Source: a virus. Taken from it: a DNA stretch of 64,000 bases. Each line of letters starts with the position of its first letter. Position 1 is the stretch's first letter. The DNA lies in the IMG/VR virus record IMGVR_UViG_3300031673_000011, positions 22,567 through 86,566 of that record; one strand, written 5' to 3'. The notes under the pieces were generated by a model. That model was not told the origin of the DNA, did not search any database, and saw only the letters and a list, made by a program, of their open reading frames with translations. Position numbers and translations under genes: made by a program. Shown one piece after another: positions 41,914 through 52,760 of this stretch.

Positions 41914-42864
41914 TTAATATAACCTCCTTTTTTTATTCCATAGGATTGAACTTTCTCCAGGATTATTAAATGTATTCGGAACATTCAAAAGGCTTGCTCT
42001 TTCACTTACTGCTGTAACTCTTGGCTCACCTTTAATTCCCATACCACTTGGTTGTGGTCCCATTTGCTGTGGTCTAAAGGCTTGTTGTTGAATTGGTCTT
42101 CCAAATTGGTCTATTGGTCTTCCAAATTGATCTACTGCTTGTGGTCTAGCTTGCCCTAAACGAGATAAACCTCTTCCAAAATCACTAAGTCCACCTATAA
42201 TTCTTTGCCCAACACTTGGAGTTTGTGGAACCCTTGCTTCCATTTGTCCCATTAACTCTGCTTGTTGTTGGGCTCTCATAACTTCCATTTCATGTTGTTG
42301 GTCTGGTTCTGCTAAAAATTGTTCTTCTGAAATTGGCTGCTGATATCTCATATCTTGCTGCATTGCCAATTGTTCTGCTTTTTGCTGAGCCATGCCCATT
42401 TGTTGTGCTTGAGCTAATCTAATTTGAGCTTTTTCTGCTGAAAGCATCTTTTTATAAATATGTGTTGGAACCTTTACTGCTCTCCCAGAGGGGAGAACAC
42501 GTACCCTAAAAGTTCCAGTAGGCCTACCTCTTCCAGCTCCACTATTCTTTTTTGTTTGCGTTATTGCTCTAACTAAAGAACCCTTTGGAGCAACTAAAGA
42601 AATTGCTTTTCTAGCAACTGCTGAAAATCTTCTCTCTCTTGCAGGAGTTTTATATGCTGATGCACCATATCCAATAAATCCTTTTGAAACTTTTTGTGCA
42701 AGAGATTTTGCTAATTTTGATGTTTTTCTTTCTTCACTAGAAGAATAAATAGCTTCTAGTTTTTTAAAAACATCAGGATCTCCAGCCCTTCTAACTGCTC
42801 TTTGATATTGCTCTGTACTAATATCAATTCCACTCTCTCTTTTTTCTCTTTTTTTCTTTGCCAT
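41914..42864 (-). CDS. basic, Gln-rich low-complexity protein
   Basis: 316 aa, AT-hook-like GRGRP, DQFGRPI duplication; class-B promoter at 42911-42927. Confidence 0.75.
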   Translation of the reverse strand: MAKKKREKRESGIDISTEQYQRAVRRAGDPDVFKKLEAIYSSSEERKTSKLAKSLAQKVSKGFIGYGASAYKTPARERRFSAVARKAISLVAPKGSLVRAITQTKKNSGAGRGRPTGTFRVRVLPSGRAVKVPTHIYKKMLSAEKAQIRLAQAQQMGMAQQKAEQLAMQQDMRYQQPISEEQFLAEPDQQHEMEVMRAQQQAELMGQMEARVPQTPSVGQRIIGGLSDFGRGLSRLGQARPQAVDQFGRPIDQFGRPIQQQAFRPQQMGPQPSGMGIKGEPRVTAVSERASLLNVPNTFNNPGESSILWNKKRRLY

Positions 42865-42927
42865 CTTTTATTTATTTGCCTTTTTCGTCATTTAATTAAA
42901 ACTCCTAAATTATTTAAATGTTTGTGA

Positions 42928-43687
42928 TTAACTATTGACCAACCTTGGAATTGCTAGGAAGTGTATTGTTAAAATTGTCATTGTTATTAAAATAGTAACT
43001 AATGCATAACCATATCCAATTGCCATTGCTAAAATAAATATTGATAAGAAGTTAAGAACTGTCACTTGTGAAACTCTTCCAATTGTAAATATTATCCAAA
43101 AGAGAACAACTAATCCAATTACAGCTAACCAAAAACTTTGGAATAAATCAACAACTAATAATGTCCAAAGATCAATCATTCTATTTCAACTCCTCCTTTA
43201 ATTCCATTCAATTTATTTATCATCAACTTCCAACACTCCTATTAGACCACCATTCTAATACTGATAAAACATAAAATACTGCTAGTAATCCTCCAGTAAA
43301 TGCCCAAGTTATAATTGCTGGTGTACAAGGCATAGCAGTGCATCCAAAAAAGTTTAATTCATTTGTAATTACAGTATAAAGTGAAGCAATTGGAATTGCT
43401 CCAACACCTAATAATATTGTAAATACTGGAAAAAACAGCGAGGTATCACTTTTAGTTACAAGATAAACCCCTAGAGCAATTGCTCCTCCTATTGCAGTTA
43501 AGGATACAAATGCTAATAAGAAATCAGTTCCACTCCATCCTGTAGGATCCAATATAAAATCCCATACTACTGTATCATTTGAACCAAAAGATGTTAATTC
43601 ATAATCAGGAGTCTCAACTACATTATAAAATATTATAATTGACATTTGTAAGATTAACAAAATCATAATCATATTTGCTAACTTCAT
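42928..43687 (-). other. two polytopic membrane proteins (42928-43179, 43223-43687)
   Basis: Hydrophobic ORFs downstream of the 916-aa gene. Confidence 0.7.
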
Positions 43688-43718
43688 TTTATTTTAACTC
43701 CATTTAATTTATCTATTT

Positions 43719-46469
43719 TCATCTTTGTGCCTGCCTATTTACATTTAAAAAATATGATATTGTGATAATTAATGTAAAACCTAATAAGATATAATTATTT
43801 ATAAAATCATTTCCAGAAAGATTATTAAAGTAAAAGAATCCTTGTCCTGTCATTTCTCCACCAACAAAACTTCCAGATAAACTTCCCATCAAAATAACAA
43901 AAGTCATAATAATTAAAAAGGCACCTGGATTTGAAGTATCACTTCCTAAATTATAATTTAATGTAGAAATTGCTAAACACATAAAGAAAAATACTATAAC
44001 GAGTCTATTAAAATCGTCTGTATCTGAATCATCTCCCCATTCATCTATAACATACTTCATATCTCTAATAAAAGTCAATATACCTGCTTTCCCTGCTGTT
44101 GGTATATCAATAACCCGCCAACGGGCATCTCCTTCTATTAAAACAGTTCCATTACCTATATCAAAATAATACTTTCCTTTAATATCATCCCCAAGATTAA
44201 CTGTGTGCATTACATAAATAGTGCATCCTCCAGGATTACAAGAAGACCATGTTGAATTTAAAACAGCTCCAGTAGAAGAATTTACTAATTTAAATGACAT
44301 ATTAATAATATTACTTTTAGATGAAACCAACTGATATGAAAAATTATAAGTTCCAGCTTGGATAATTCCTGTAGAAGGAGTCCTTGCATACTTTATACCT
44401 TCTATTTGTGAAACATAAATATCAGCACCTATTCCACATTGTAATTGTTGAGTATATTGTGTTTGGGTTGGTCTGATTGTTACTGTAGTTCCAACACAAC
44501 TAGCTATTGCAAAAGTAAATTTATGATCATAATCTGGATTAACCCAGAAAGTTACAAGCCCTGCATCATCTGTTGTTTCCTGTCCAACAATTGTCCAAAT
44601 ACCAGCAAATTGTCTTTCAACTGTAACTTCAACATTACTTATTTTATCACCCTCTTCATCTACAACTTGGATAGTAGAATAAATACCATCTGCACTTGAA
44701 AGAAGATATAAAATTTGATTTGTTGTCGCATTTGTTAAATCGCTTGAAGCATCATATTTCCTTTGGGGATATCCTTCTTTAGAATATTGAATTGAACGAG
44801 TATTGTGCATTGTAACATTTCCAGGGAACAAACAAAAGGTATAAAAATAATTTAAAGAACTATTTGAAAATAACAAAGATTTTTTATAGGTTCCATCCCC
44901 TAACCAATAACTCCAAGTTGAAGAATCTATTGTAGCATTTAGAGCAGAACTTGTTCCTTCATCTTTAAATGTAAAATTTATATATGGAACAGTTAATGTA
45001 GTATTGCATATTCCAAATAGAATTGGGGCAACAGTTTGATTATAGATTGTTGTATTCTCTGCATAAGTTGAACTTAAATTCCATTTGTAATAAAAAGTAT
45101 TTGCTCCAATTTGACTTGGGGGAACTTGTAATGTCTTACTTAATAAATAATTTTCTCCAGAACTTGTTACTGTTGCAGAATAACTTGTTCCATTATAAAC
45201 TAAATAAGCAGAACTTGGAGTATATCCTATTGGAGTTGTAATATTTAATGTATATACTTCAGAAGTAATTGTTTCATAAGTCAATGAATTATATGTATTT
45301 GAATTAATTGTTGAATTCAAACTAAAAGAATAATTAGAAGTAGCCCAAGAACAAGCATTATAAGTTAAATTTCCATAACAAGCATAAGAATTCCAAATAG
45401 AATTTCCTAAATTTATATTAAATAATTTACTAACATTGGTTGAATTAGTAAATAAATCAGTAACTGTTGTTTGATTAGATAGTGTTCCATTTAAATACCA
45501 TATATTATAAGTATTATTTATCCAAGAATAACTATTATTTACCCACGACATTGAAAGACTTACATTAAATAAATTACTTGGTGCTGTAAATACTTTATTA
45601 TTTGTTGGATAAGTTAAAGTAACATTTATCAAGGTCTCTCCTCCTTCTCCCTTAAATCCATAAAAATTTCCATCACTTGCTCCAGATATTAAATACCAAA
45701 TTCCATCTTTTTGGAAAACAGATGGTGCTGCCCATGCCCCAATATCTCCCAACGAATCATTTATTGTAAAATCAGGTAACCATTCTGTTCCACTCCAAGC
45801 AAAACCAAGAAATTTTCCATCATCTGCTCCTGGGTATCTTGTTCCACTTATCAAATACCAAATTCCATCTTTTTGGAAAACAGATGGTGTGTACCAAGCG
45901 TTTACATTTGTTGGAAGACTTGCATTTATTGTAAGATTTGTTACCCATTGAGTTCCACTCCAAACGAAACCCCAAAAACCTGCTATACTCTGACCTCCAG
46001 TTATCAGATACCAAGAACTATCTTTATAAAAAACATTTGGATTTCCCCTATCTGTTACACTTGGTAAGGAAGCATTTATTGTTAAATTAGTAACCCATTG
46101 AGTTCCACTCCAAGTATAACCATAAAATTTACCATTTAGTTCTCCACTTATTAAATACCAAGAAGAATCCTTGTAAAAAACCGATGGAGCTGAATTACCA
46201 CCAATATCAGGCAAGGAAGCATTTATTGTGAGATTTGTTGCCCAAGCAGTTCCAGTCCAAACATATCCAAAAAATGCCCCACTCTCCTCTCCACTTATTA
46301 GATACCAAGAACTATCTTTATAAAAAACAGAAGGTTTTGAATTAGTTCCTATATCTGGCAAACTTGCATTTATTGTTAAATCTGGAGTCCAGAATGCTGC
46401 ACTAACACTTCCTAAACTAACTAATAAAAACATTCCTAAAATTAAAGAGAAGATTAATTTATTTTTCAT
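43719..46469 (-). CDS. large glycosylated surface/spike (adhesin-like) protein
   Basis: Signal peptide, five ~47-aa repeats (TINASLP..PSVFYKDSSWYLISG), many sequons, three C-terminal TM helices. Confidence 0.8.
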   Translation of the reverse strand: MKNKLIFSLILGMFLLVSLGSVSAAFWTPDLTINASLPDIGTNSKPSVFYKDSSWYLISGEESGAFFGYVWTGTAWATNLTINASLPDIGGNSAPSVFYKDSSWYLISGELNGKFYGYTWSGTQWVTNLTINASLPSVTDRGNPNVFYKDSSWYLITGGQSIAGFWGFVWSGTQWVTNLTINASLPTNVNAWYTPSVFQKDGIWYLISGTRYPGADDGKFLGFAWSGTEWLPDFTINDSLGDIGAWAAPSVFQKDGIWYLISGASDGNFYGFKGEGGETLINVTLTYPTNNKVFTAPSNLFNVSLSMSWVNNSYSWINNTYNIWYLNGTLSNQTTVTDLFTNSTNVSKLFNINLGNSIWNSYACYGNLTYNACSWATSNYSFSLNSTINSNTYNSLTYETITSEVYTLNITTPIGYTPSSAYLVYNGTSYSATVTSSGENYLLSKTLQVPPSQIGANTFYYKWNLSSTYAENTTIYNQTVAPILFGICNTTLTVPYINFTFKDEGTSSALNATIDSSTWSYWLGDGTYKKSLLFSNSSLNYFYTFCLFPGNVTMHNTRSIQYSKEGYPQRKYDASSDLTNATTNQILYLLSSADGIYSTIQVVDEEGDKISNVEVTVERQFAGIWTIVGQETTDDAGLVTFWVNPDYDHKFTFAIASCVGTTVTIRPTQTQYTQQLQCGIGADIYVSQIEGIKYARTPSTGIIQAGTYNFSYQLVSSKSNIINMSFKLVNSSTGAVLNSTWSSCNPGGCTIYVMHTVNLGDDIKGKYYFDIGNGTVLIEGDARWRVIDIPTAGKAGILTFIRDMKYVIDEWGDDSDTDDFNRLVIVFFFMCLAISTLNYNLGSDTSNPGAFLIIMTFVILMGSLSGSFVGGEMTGQGFFYFNNLSGNDFINNYILLGFTLIITISYFLNVNRQAQR

Positions 46470-46542
46470 AGTTTACTCCCAAGTATAAATAACCTTTCAA
46501 CACCAAATATCAAATTCATTTCCATTTTCAAAAGGAATGAAT

Positions 46543-46893
46543 TTAATATTGCTGATATTGTGGTTGTGCTGGTTGTTGTCCCCCTTTCATTATCAATCCA
46601 ACAGCACCAAGGATAAGCATAATAAGTATAAGTGGCGGGCCTATCGATAACATAGCACAAGTTGTAGCATGCGTATTCCCAAGAGATTCATTAAAACAGG
46701 TAGTATTACTCCCGATGCCATTACAGAGGTCTGTTGTACTTTTACAATTCAATACACTTTGGTCTCTTAATCCATCAAATTGATCTTGGATAGTTGGCCA
46801 AAACGAAGTTATTAGTAAAACAGATACCACAAGCATAACAATACCGAAAATAAAAGACATTTGTCCTCGCTTATTATCCATTATTGTATTCAT
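46543..46893 (-). CDS. capsid/pilin-like hairpin protein with class III signal peptide
   Basis: NKRG|QMSF then hydrophobic helix, Cys loop and second hydrophobic helix; GGAGG RBS. Confidence 0.65.
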   Translation of the reverse strand: MNTIMDNKRGQMSFIFGIVMLVVSVLLITSFWPTIQDQFDGLRDQSVLNCKSTTDLCNGIGSNTTCFNESLGNTHATTCAMLSIGPPLILIMLILGAVGLIMKGGQQPAQPQYQQY

Positions 46894-47029
46894 TCTATTT
46901 TGTTCCTCCTTTCATTTGTATTAAATATACGGGCAGGCTCATTAGAACCTGCGAGCTCAAAGTTAAGATAAGAAATATGGAAGGGTTGTATATTGCCTAA
47001 GCTTAAGAAATGAGTGTGATTATTAATTA

Positions 47030-47191
47030 TCATTTTTTATTTTTAAAATCTCCTAATGGAGAAACTTTTGGTTTTTTTAATCCAAAGAACCTATTTAATA
47101 TTTCATCATAAGTTTCTCTCTTTGTTATTCTTTGTTTCTTTAATTTCTCAAGTGTCTTATATTCTATCTGAATAGTTGTTCTTTGTTTCAT
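47030..47191 (-). CDS. ribbon-helix-helix (archaeal antitoxin-like) DNA-binding protein, 53 aa
   Basis: MKQRTTIQIEYKTLEKLKKQRITKRETYDEILNR; directly behind class-B promoter 47214-47230; not in the ORF track. Confidence 0.75.
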   Translation of the reverse strand: MKQRTTIQIEYKTLEKLKKQRITKRETYDEILNRFFGLKKPKVSPLGDFKNKK

Positions 47192-47301
47192 ACATAGCAT
47201 ATACATAACAACTTATTTAAATGTTTGTGATTTTAGAATTAGGGGATTTTTAATTAATTATTTTAACTCTCTTGTAATACTATTGAATTCTTCTACTTCT
47301 T

Positions 47302-48930
47302 TCACTTATCTAAATCTTCGTATATCTTCAATTGTTTAACCCTACTTTTATTACTGATGATATTACAAAATTCTTTAAAAATAAACCAATTACCTTTTAA
47401 TACTTCAAAAAATAAAAATAAAAGATACTTAGGAATTCTTCTCTTTTGATATTTTAAAGAATAAACTTGATATGGAAAATTAAATAAAAATGCTTTCTTT
47501 AATAAATCATAATTCTTAGTTTTTAACTTATTGGTTTCAACTAAAGGAAAAGAAACAAAATTTACATTATTTTCTTTTACAAATGTTACCTCTTGAAATA
47601 TATTCTTTAATTCATTAATATTTTTAATAAAGAACTTTTTAGTAACCATTAACTGCTCTGGGATTATTAATGAATTAAATTCCTCTATTGATATATTTTT
47701 AATTGCCACTCTTGAAAAGAACCTCAAATATTTCTTCATACTTCCTTTAGAAACATAATAATCACAACAGCTTATTTCTTTTCTAGATTTTAATAAAGAA
47801 TATACTTGCATATACTCTTTTAAGTTCAAATCCTTGGATTTTTCTGAAATAAATGTAATATAATCATAATCTTTAACTAATTCTTCAATTTCTTTCAAAT
47901 CTTTAGTGAGATGATTTTTTTCTAAGGAAATTATTTTTTTATCCAATTTAGGTAGATTTATTCCATTAGATTTTATTTTGGAAAGTTTCCCTAAAATTTT
48001 CTTTAATCTTTTTGAAAAACTAAAATCTTTCAAAACTTTCTTATGAATTGCATTTGTTATCTTATCTCTTTCCTTTTTATTTTTTAAATAATATTTCACT
48101 TTTTCCAGAAGCTCTTCTTTTGTTTTAAAAGAAACAATTTCTTTTCCTTCCTTTGTAAAATTGTAATACTCTGGACAATATTCTGTAAGAACAAATGTCT
48201 TACATGAAGCCCCTTCAAAAAACTTGTAATTTTTATGTGTTAATCCATCTGAACCTCTTGATAAGCAAAGATAAATTTTAGTTTTGTTTAATACATTAAT
48301 CATCTCTTCTGTTTCTAATGGACCTTTATAAATATCTACAAAATCTGAAAACTTATCCCATTCAAAACCAAAAACATTAACATTGATTCCATTGTCTTTC
48401 AAATATTTTATATACTCATATCTAAGAGACTTCTCACCTAAAGCTCTCCCAATAAAAGTTACATCATATTCCTTTTCTATTTTAATTGGTTTGTAAAGTT
48501 CTGTATTTATTCCTTCAAGATTACCAACTTTATAAATTCCTTCTTCTTTATACCTTGGTATCCATTCTGGAAGTCCAATAAAACCATAATCCATAAAAAG
48601 AATGATAAACCTTGAAAAGTTTTCAAACATGGTATCATCATCTCCAAGAGGAAATATTAATTTTGTTTTTGGAGATAATTCCTTAATCTTAAAAAATGTA
48701 TCAAAATATAATTCAGTATGACCTGCATAAAAGAAAATGAAATTTGGTTTTTCTTTTTCTACAAAATCCAATAACATTTGATTCATTTTATCTTCCCCAT
48801 ACTTAATAGTTGTCCAACGAATGTCAAAAGATATAATTTCCTTGCATAATTTTTTTAGGGTTAAATATCCATTTTGATATGGGGAATTAAATTTACTTAA
48901 ACTCCCCGCAAATAGTATTTTATTTATCAT
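47302..48930 (-). CDS. glycosyltransferase (CgeB/YkvP-like GT-B)
   Basis: YDVTFIG, KFFEGASC..FVLTEY, GKEIVSF, ELLEKVKYYL. Confidence 0.85.
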   Translation of the reverse strand: MINKILFAGSLSKFNSPYQNGYLTLKKLCKEIISFDIRWTTIKYGEDKMNQMLLDFVEKEKPNFIFFYAGHTELYFDTFFKIKELSPKTKLIFPLGDDDTMFENFSRFIILFMDYGFIGLPEWIPRYKEEGIYKVGNLEGINTELYKPIKIEKEYDVTFIGRALGEKSLRYEYIKYLKDNGINVNVFGFEWDKFSDFVDIYKGPLETEEMINVLNKTKIYLCLSRGSDGLTHKNYKFFEGASCKTFVLTEYCPEYYNFTKEGKEIVSFKTKEELLEKVKYYLKNKKERDKITNAIHKKVLKDFSFSKRLKKILGKLSKIKSNGINLPKLDKKIISLEKNHLTKDLKEIEELVKDYDYITFISEKSKDLNLKEYMQVYSLLKSRKEISCCDYYVSKGSMKKYLRFFSRVAIKNISIEEFNSLIIPEQLMVTKKFFIKNINELKNIFQEVTFVKENNVNFVSFPLVETNKLKTKNYDLLKKAFLFNFPYQVYSLKYQKRRIPKYLLFLFFEVLKGNWFIFKEFCNIISNKSRVKQLKIYEDLDK

Positions 48931-50392
48931 GACCTTTCTTAGCCTCTTTATTTATACTATCTACTATCTCCCTAAGTTTAAGGTCTTTTTTATCCATATT
49001 CTTTTCAGCACTTGTAATTCCCCATTCAACAACAATTGAATCAGACATTCCAATGAATGCATGTGGTTTAAATGCTGGAATAACTGCAGACTCGCCCTTA
49101 ACAAGTAACCGTTTTTCGTTTCCACAAATAAATTTGATAGACCCCTTAACCACTACCAAATTCTCCTCCTTTGAATGTATACACCCCCCTCGAGCATATC
49201 CTTCTTTTAATTCAAGAAAAGTAAATTCCTTTCCATCCTCTAACATATTTTCAATTAGATAAATACCCCCTCTTTCATCTTCATGTATCTTTTTAAGTTT
49301 CTTTTGATTATAGAATTCTGATATCTTTTCACAGATAAATTTTATTTGTTCTTCAGAAATAGCTGGCCCATTTGGCAACCATAAGCAATTATCTGAAATA
49401 GAACTGGAATTTAGATAAATTATATCTCCTCCTTGATTCTTATATGGGGAATTCATATGAATAGCTGGCCAACATTCTCTTGGAAATATTTCAAAGGTGT
49501 TTAAAAAACTAACTAGTTTTGCTCTTTCTTCACAAGTTATATCTATCCAAAGTGGAATTTCCCCTTTTCTCAATAGAAAAAAATGAACTTCTTTTAAACC
49601 GTGTAGTTCTCTTTCATAAATCTCCCTTTGCCTTAATAATAATTCTTTCCTTTCATTTATCTTTCTAAATTGAGCAAGAGCGAGAGCAGCAGATAAATCA
49701 TTAAACTTAAGGTTATAACCTTCTATTTCGTGCAGGAATTCTTTATTACTAAATCTTCCAAAATCTCTTAGTCTTCTAATTAGTTCATAATATCTATCAT
49801 CATTTGTCACTATAATTCCTCCTTGCCCACTTGTAACAATCTTATTAGATTGTAATGAAAAACAACCAACTTTTCCAATAGTCCCTAAATAATTTTCCCC
49901 TAATTTTGAACCTAAAGCTCCTGCAGCATCTTCAATTATTGTTAAATTATGCTTTTCTGCTATTTCTTTTAGTCTATTCATATTTGCGCTTCTCCCCAGG
50001 ACATGAACTGGAATTATTGCAATTGTATTTGAATTTATTTTATCTTCTATTATATCTGTATTAATTGTCCCGTCCCCTGCAAATACATCTACCAAAATTG
50101 GTCTTCCTCCAGCCCAACCCACTGCTGTTGCTGTTGCTATCATTGTTAAATCTGGTATTAAAACTTCAAAGTTTTCTTTTTGTTTTATTAAAGCATCTGC
50201 CTTAACTGCTAAGAAAAGAGCTGCCGTTGCATTTGTTGTTAATATAACATATTTTACTCCCAAATATTTTTTTATTTCTTCTTCAAGTTCTTTTGTTTTA
50301 GGACCTTCATTTATATAATTTGAGTTTATAACATCCGATACTTCTTTTAACTCTTCTTCTCCAAATTTAGGTTCATTCCAATTAATTCTCAT
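48920..50392 (-). CDS. DegT/DnrJ/StrS sugar aminotransferase with C-terminal cupin
   Basis: IIEDAAGA, FSLQSNKIVTSGQGG, GYNLK; cupin DERG..RGGCIH...PAFKPH. Confidence 0.92.
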   Translation of the reverse strand: MRINWNEPKFGEEELKEVSDVINSNYINEGPKTKELEEEIKKYLGVKYVILTTNATAALFLAVKADALIKQKENFEVLIPDLTMIATATAVGWAGGRPILVDVFAGDGTINTDIIEDKINSNTIAIIPVHVLGRSANMNRLKEIAEKHNLTIIEDAAGALGSKLGENYLGTIGKVGCFSLQSNKIVTSGQGGIIVTNDDRYYELIRRLRDFGRFSNKEFLHEIEGYNLKFNDLSAALALAQFRKINERKELLLRQREIYERELHGLKEVHFFLLRKGEIPLWIDITCEERAKLVSFLNTFEIFPRECWPAIHMNSPYKNQGGDIIYLNSSSISDNCLWLPNGPAISEEQIKFICEKISEFYNQKKLKKIHEDERGGIYLIENMLEDGKEFTFLELKEGYARGGCIHSKEENLVVVKGSIKFICGNEKRLLVKGESAVIPAFKPHAFIGMSDSIVVEWGITSAEKNMDKKDLKLREIVDSINKEAKKGHDK

Positions 50393-50670
50393 TTTCTTAA
50401 ATACCCCATTAAACTATGAATTCCCCAACCAAGAATGAAACCACCAAATATTACAATTAAATACCAAACTAAAGGATTTAACATAAAACCAAATAGTCCC
50501 ATTCGCATAGTCAATTCTCCACTACAATATAAAACTCCTTCAGCAGATATAACTTGGTCTAATTTTGGACAAAATACTCCCTGTACAAATGCTTGAGAAA
50601 AATAATCTAATATTGCTAAAATTGGAATTAAATAACTTCCCCACATCTTGAATGGATTATATGATTTCAT
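50389..50670 (-). CDS. small membrane protein
   Basis: Two TM helices, KSYNPFKMWGSY. Confidence 0.65.
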   Translation of the reverse strand: MKSYNPFKMWGSYLIPILAILDYFSQAFVQGVFCPKLDQVISAEGVLYCSGELTMRMGLFGFMLNPLVWYLIVIFGGFILGWGIHSLMGYLRK

Positions 50671-51755
50671 TTTAATCCTCTTGCCAATTCTTTTGCTTTA
50701 TTTATATAATAATCATCTTCTCTCTTTATTTGTTCTACTGGAATCTTTCCTGCTTCTTCCATTTTTATTTTTAAATCGGATGCAAGCATCATCTTAGCCA
50801 GTTCTTTAAATTTTGTTTTTGGACTCCAATTTAATATTTTCTTTGCTTTTGAACAATCCCCTAATAACGCTGGAACTTCTGCTGGACGTTTTTGATTATC
50901 ACTCAGAATTACAAAATCCTTCCAGTTTAGACTTAATAAATTAAAGACTTCCTCAACAAATTCCCTAACAGTATGAGTTTCCCCTGTTGAAATAACAAAA
51001 TCATCTGGTTCGTGATGCTGAAGAATTTTCCACATTGCTTCTACATATTCTTTTGCATACCCCCAATCTCTTTTTGCATCTAAATTTCCCAAAACAATTT
51101 TGCCTCTTTTTCCAACAATTATATCTGCAGCAGAAAAAGTTATTTTTCTTGTAACAAAATTTAATCCTCTTCTTGGAGATTCATGATTGAAAAGAATTCC
51201 ACTACATGCAAAAAGCCCATAGCTTTCTCTGTACAATTTTGTCAAATGATATGCTCCTAATTTGGATATACCATAAGGACTTTGAGGAAGCATAAGGGTA
51301 TTTTCATTTTGAGGGGGAGGGGAACTCCCGAACATCTCACTTGAAGAAGCTTGATAATACTTGCATTTAAGATTCATATCTTTTATTGCTTCCAATATTC
51401 GCAATGCACCTAAAAGATTATAATTAATTGTAGACTCTGAATTATTGAAACTTATTCCCACATGACTTTGGGCCCCTAAATTATATATTTCATCTGGCCG
51501 AACTTCTTCTATAATTTTTCTTAGGCTTGTTGTATCAGATAAATCTGCATATTGCAAATAAAAAGGAGATTCTTTTGTCTTTCCATAAATCTCATCATAA
51601 ATATCCAAATGATCTATTCTAGAAGTATTTGGATAACTTGCTCTTCTAACAATTCCTCTTACCAAATATCCTTTTGAAAGCAAAAATTCAGCTAAATATG
51701 AACCATCTTGTCCACCTATTCCAGTAATCAAAGCTACTTTTTTTCCATTTATCAT
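50667..51755 (-). CDS. gmd: GDP-mannose 4,6-dehydratase
   Basis: ALITGIGGQDGSYLAEFLL, NLGAQSHV, YQASSSEMFG, SPYGISK, FNHESPRRG, GNLDAKRDWG. Confidence 0.96.
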   Translation of the reverse strand: MINGKKVALITGIGGQDGSYLAEFLLSKGYLVRGIVRRASYPNTSRIDHLDIYDEIYGKTKESPFYLQYADLSDTTSLRKIIEEVRPDEIYNLGAQSHVGISFNNSESTINYNLLGALRILEAIKDMNLKCKYYQASSSEMFGSSPPPQNENTLMLPQSPYGISKLGAYHLTKLYRESYGLFACSGILFNHESPRRGLNFVTRKITFSAADIIVGKRGKIVLGNLDAKRDWGYAKEYVEAMWKILQHHEPDDFVISTGETHTVREFVEEVFNLLSLNWKDFVILSDNQKRPAEVPALLGDCSKAKKILNWSPKTKFKELAKMMLASDLKIKMEEAGKIPVEQIKREDDYYINKAKELARGLK

Positions 51756-51756
51756 T

Positions 51757-52167
51757 TTATTTTATCCCATAAATGGTCCTATATTTAATTGGTCTTTCCC
51801 TTGGTTGTTTTGGTTCTATTATCTCTTGTATTTTTTTTAAATTTCCTTTAAAGAATATTTCTTCAATTATAATTTCTCCATACTGTTGCTTACTCCATCT
51901 CCAAAAATTTATTATAAAATTAATTGAACAAATAATTAACAATATTACTATAATTATAATTCCAATTAATGAAAATCCGATTATGGGGGTTATTTCTTGA
52001 TTTATGAGAAAATCAATTAATTTAAAATTTTTATATACTATCTTAATTAGAATAAAAACTAATGCTAAATAGATAATAGAAACCCAAATATTTTGTTTAC
52101 TTTCAAAAATTATCTTATAATCTTTCTCCTTATTCATCTCGTTACTTAAATTAAATTCTCCTTTCAT
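51757..52167 (-). CDS. 2-TM membrane protein
   Basis: ORF track. Confidence 0.6.
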   Translation of the reverse strand: MKGEFNLSNEMNKEKDYKIIFESKQNIWVSIIYLALVFILIKIVYKNFKLIDFLINQEITPIIGFSLIGIIIIVILLIICSINFIINFWRWSKQQYGEIIIEEIFFKGNLKKIQEIIEPKQPRERPIKYRTIYGIK

Positions 52168-52757
52168 TTTATTGCCTCCAAATTTAAGCTGATTAAATAA
52201 CCATTTTCTTTGTCAAATTGGTTCTCTGGTGTTGAAGTAAATTCCTTGCTTGGCAAATAAGATTGGGAATGGTCATCAATCTCATTATGGGGTGGAGTAG
52301 TTTTCCAGTCATATTTTCTTATATCTTTAAAACCAACTTGTCTTAACAATTCATTTAAATTATTAAAATCATATGTAGTTTTATGATAAATAAATTCTAG
52401 ATTATCTTCTTCTTCTTTCTGGATTTTCATCTTCCCATATAAAGGCCCCAAGATATTTTGCAAAGGAAATTTCTTCTCAGTATACAATTTTGCCATTTGC
52501 TCAAAATCGGGAACAGCAATTCTTAGTATTCCCCATTCTTTCAAAACTCTAAACCATTCTTTTAAAACATTAAAACCTTCTTCTCTGTCAAAATATTCAA
52601 ATACATGAGAAGCGTAAATTAAATCAACCGAATTGTCATCAAAAAAAAGAAGTCTTGTAATATCATGTGAAGTCACATGGGGATATTTTCCTTTATCTAT
52701 ATGAATCCAATCTTTCCCAAAATCTCTCCATCCACACCCTAAATTAAGCTTTATCAT
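52164..52757 (-). CDS. SAM methyltransferase (Methyltransf_11-like)
   Basis: KLNLGCG, DNSVDLIYASHVFEY, EWFRVLK..GILRIAVPD. Confidence 0.88.
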   Translation of the reverse strand: MIKLNLGCGWRDFGKDWIHIDKGKYPHVTSHDITRLLFFDDNSVDLIYASHVFEYFDREEGFNVLKEWFRVLKEWGILRIAVPDFEQMAKLYTEKKFPLQNILGPLYGKMKIQKEEEDNLEFIYHKTTYDFNNLNELLRQVGFKDIRKYDWKTTPPHNEIDDHSQSYLPSKEFTSTPENQFDKENGYLISLNLEAIK

Positions 52758-52760
52758 TTT

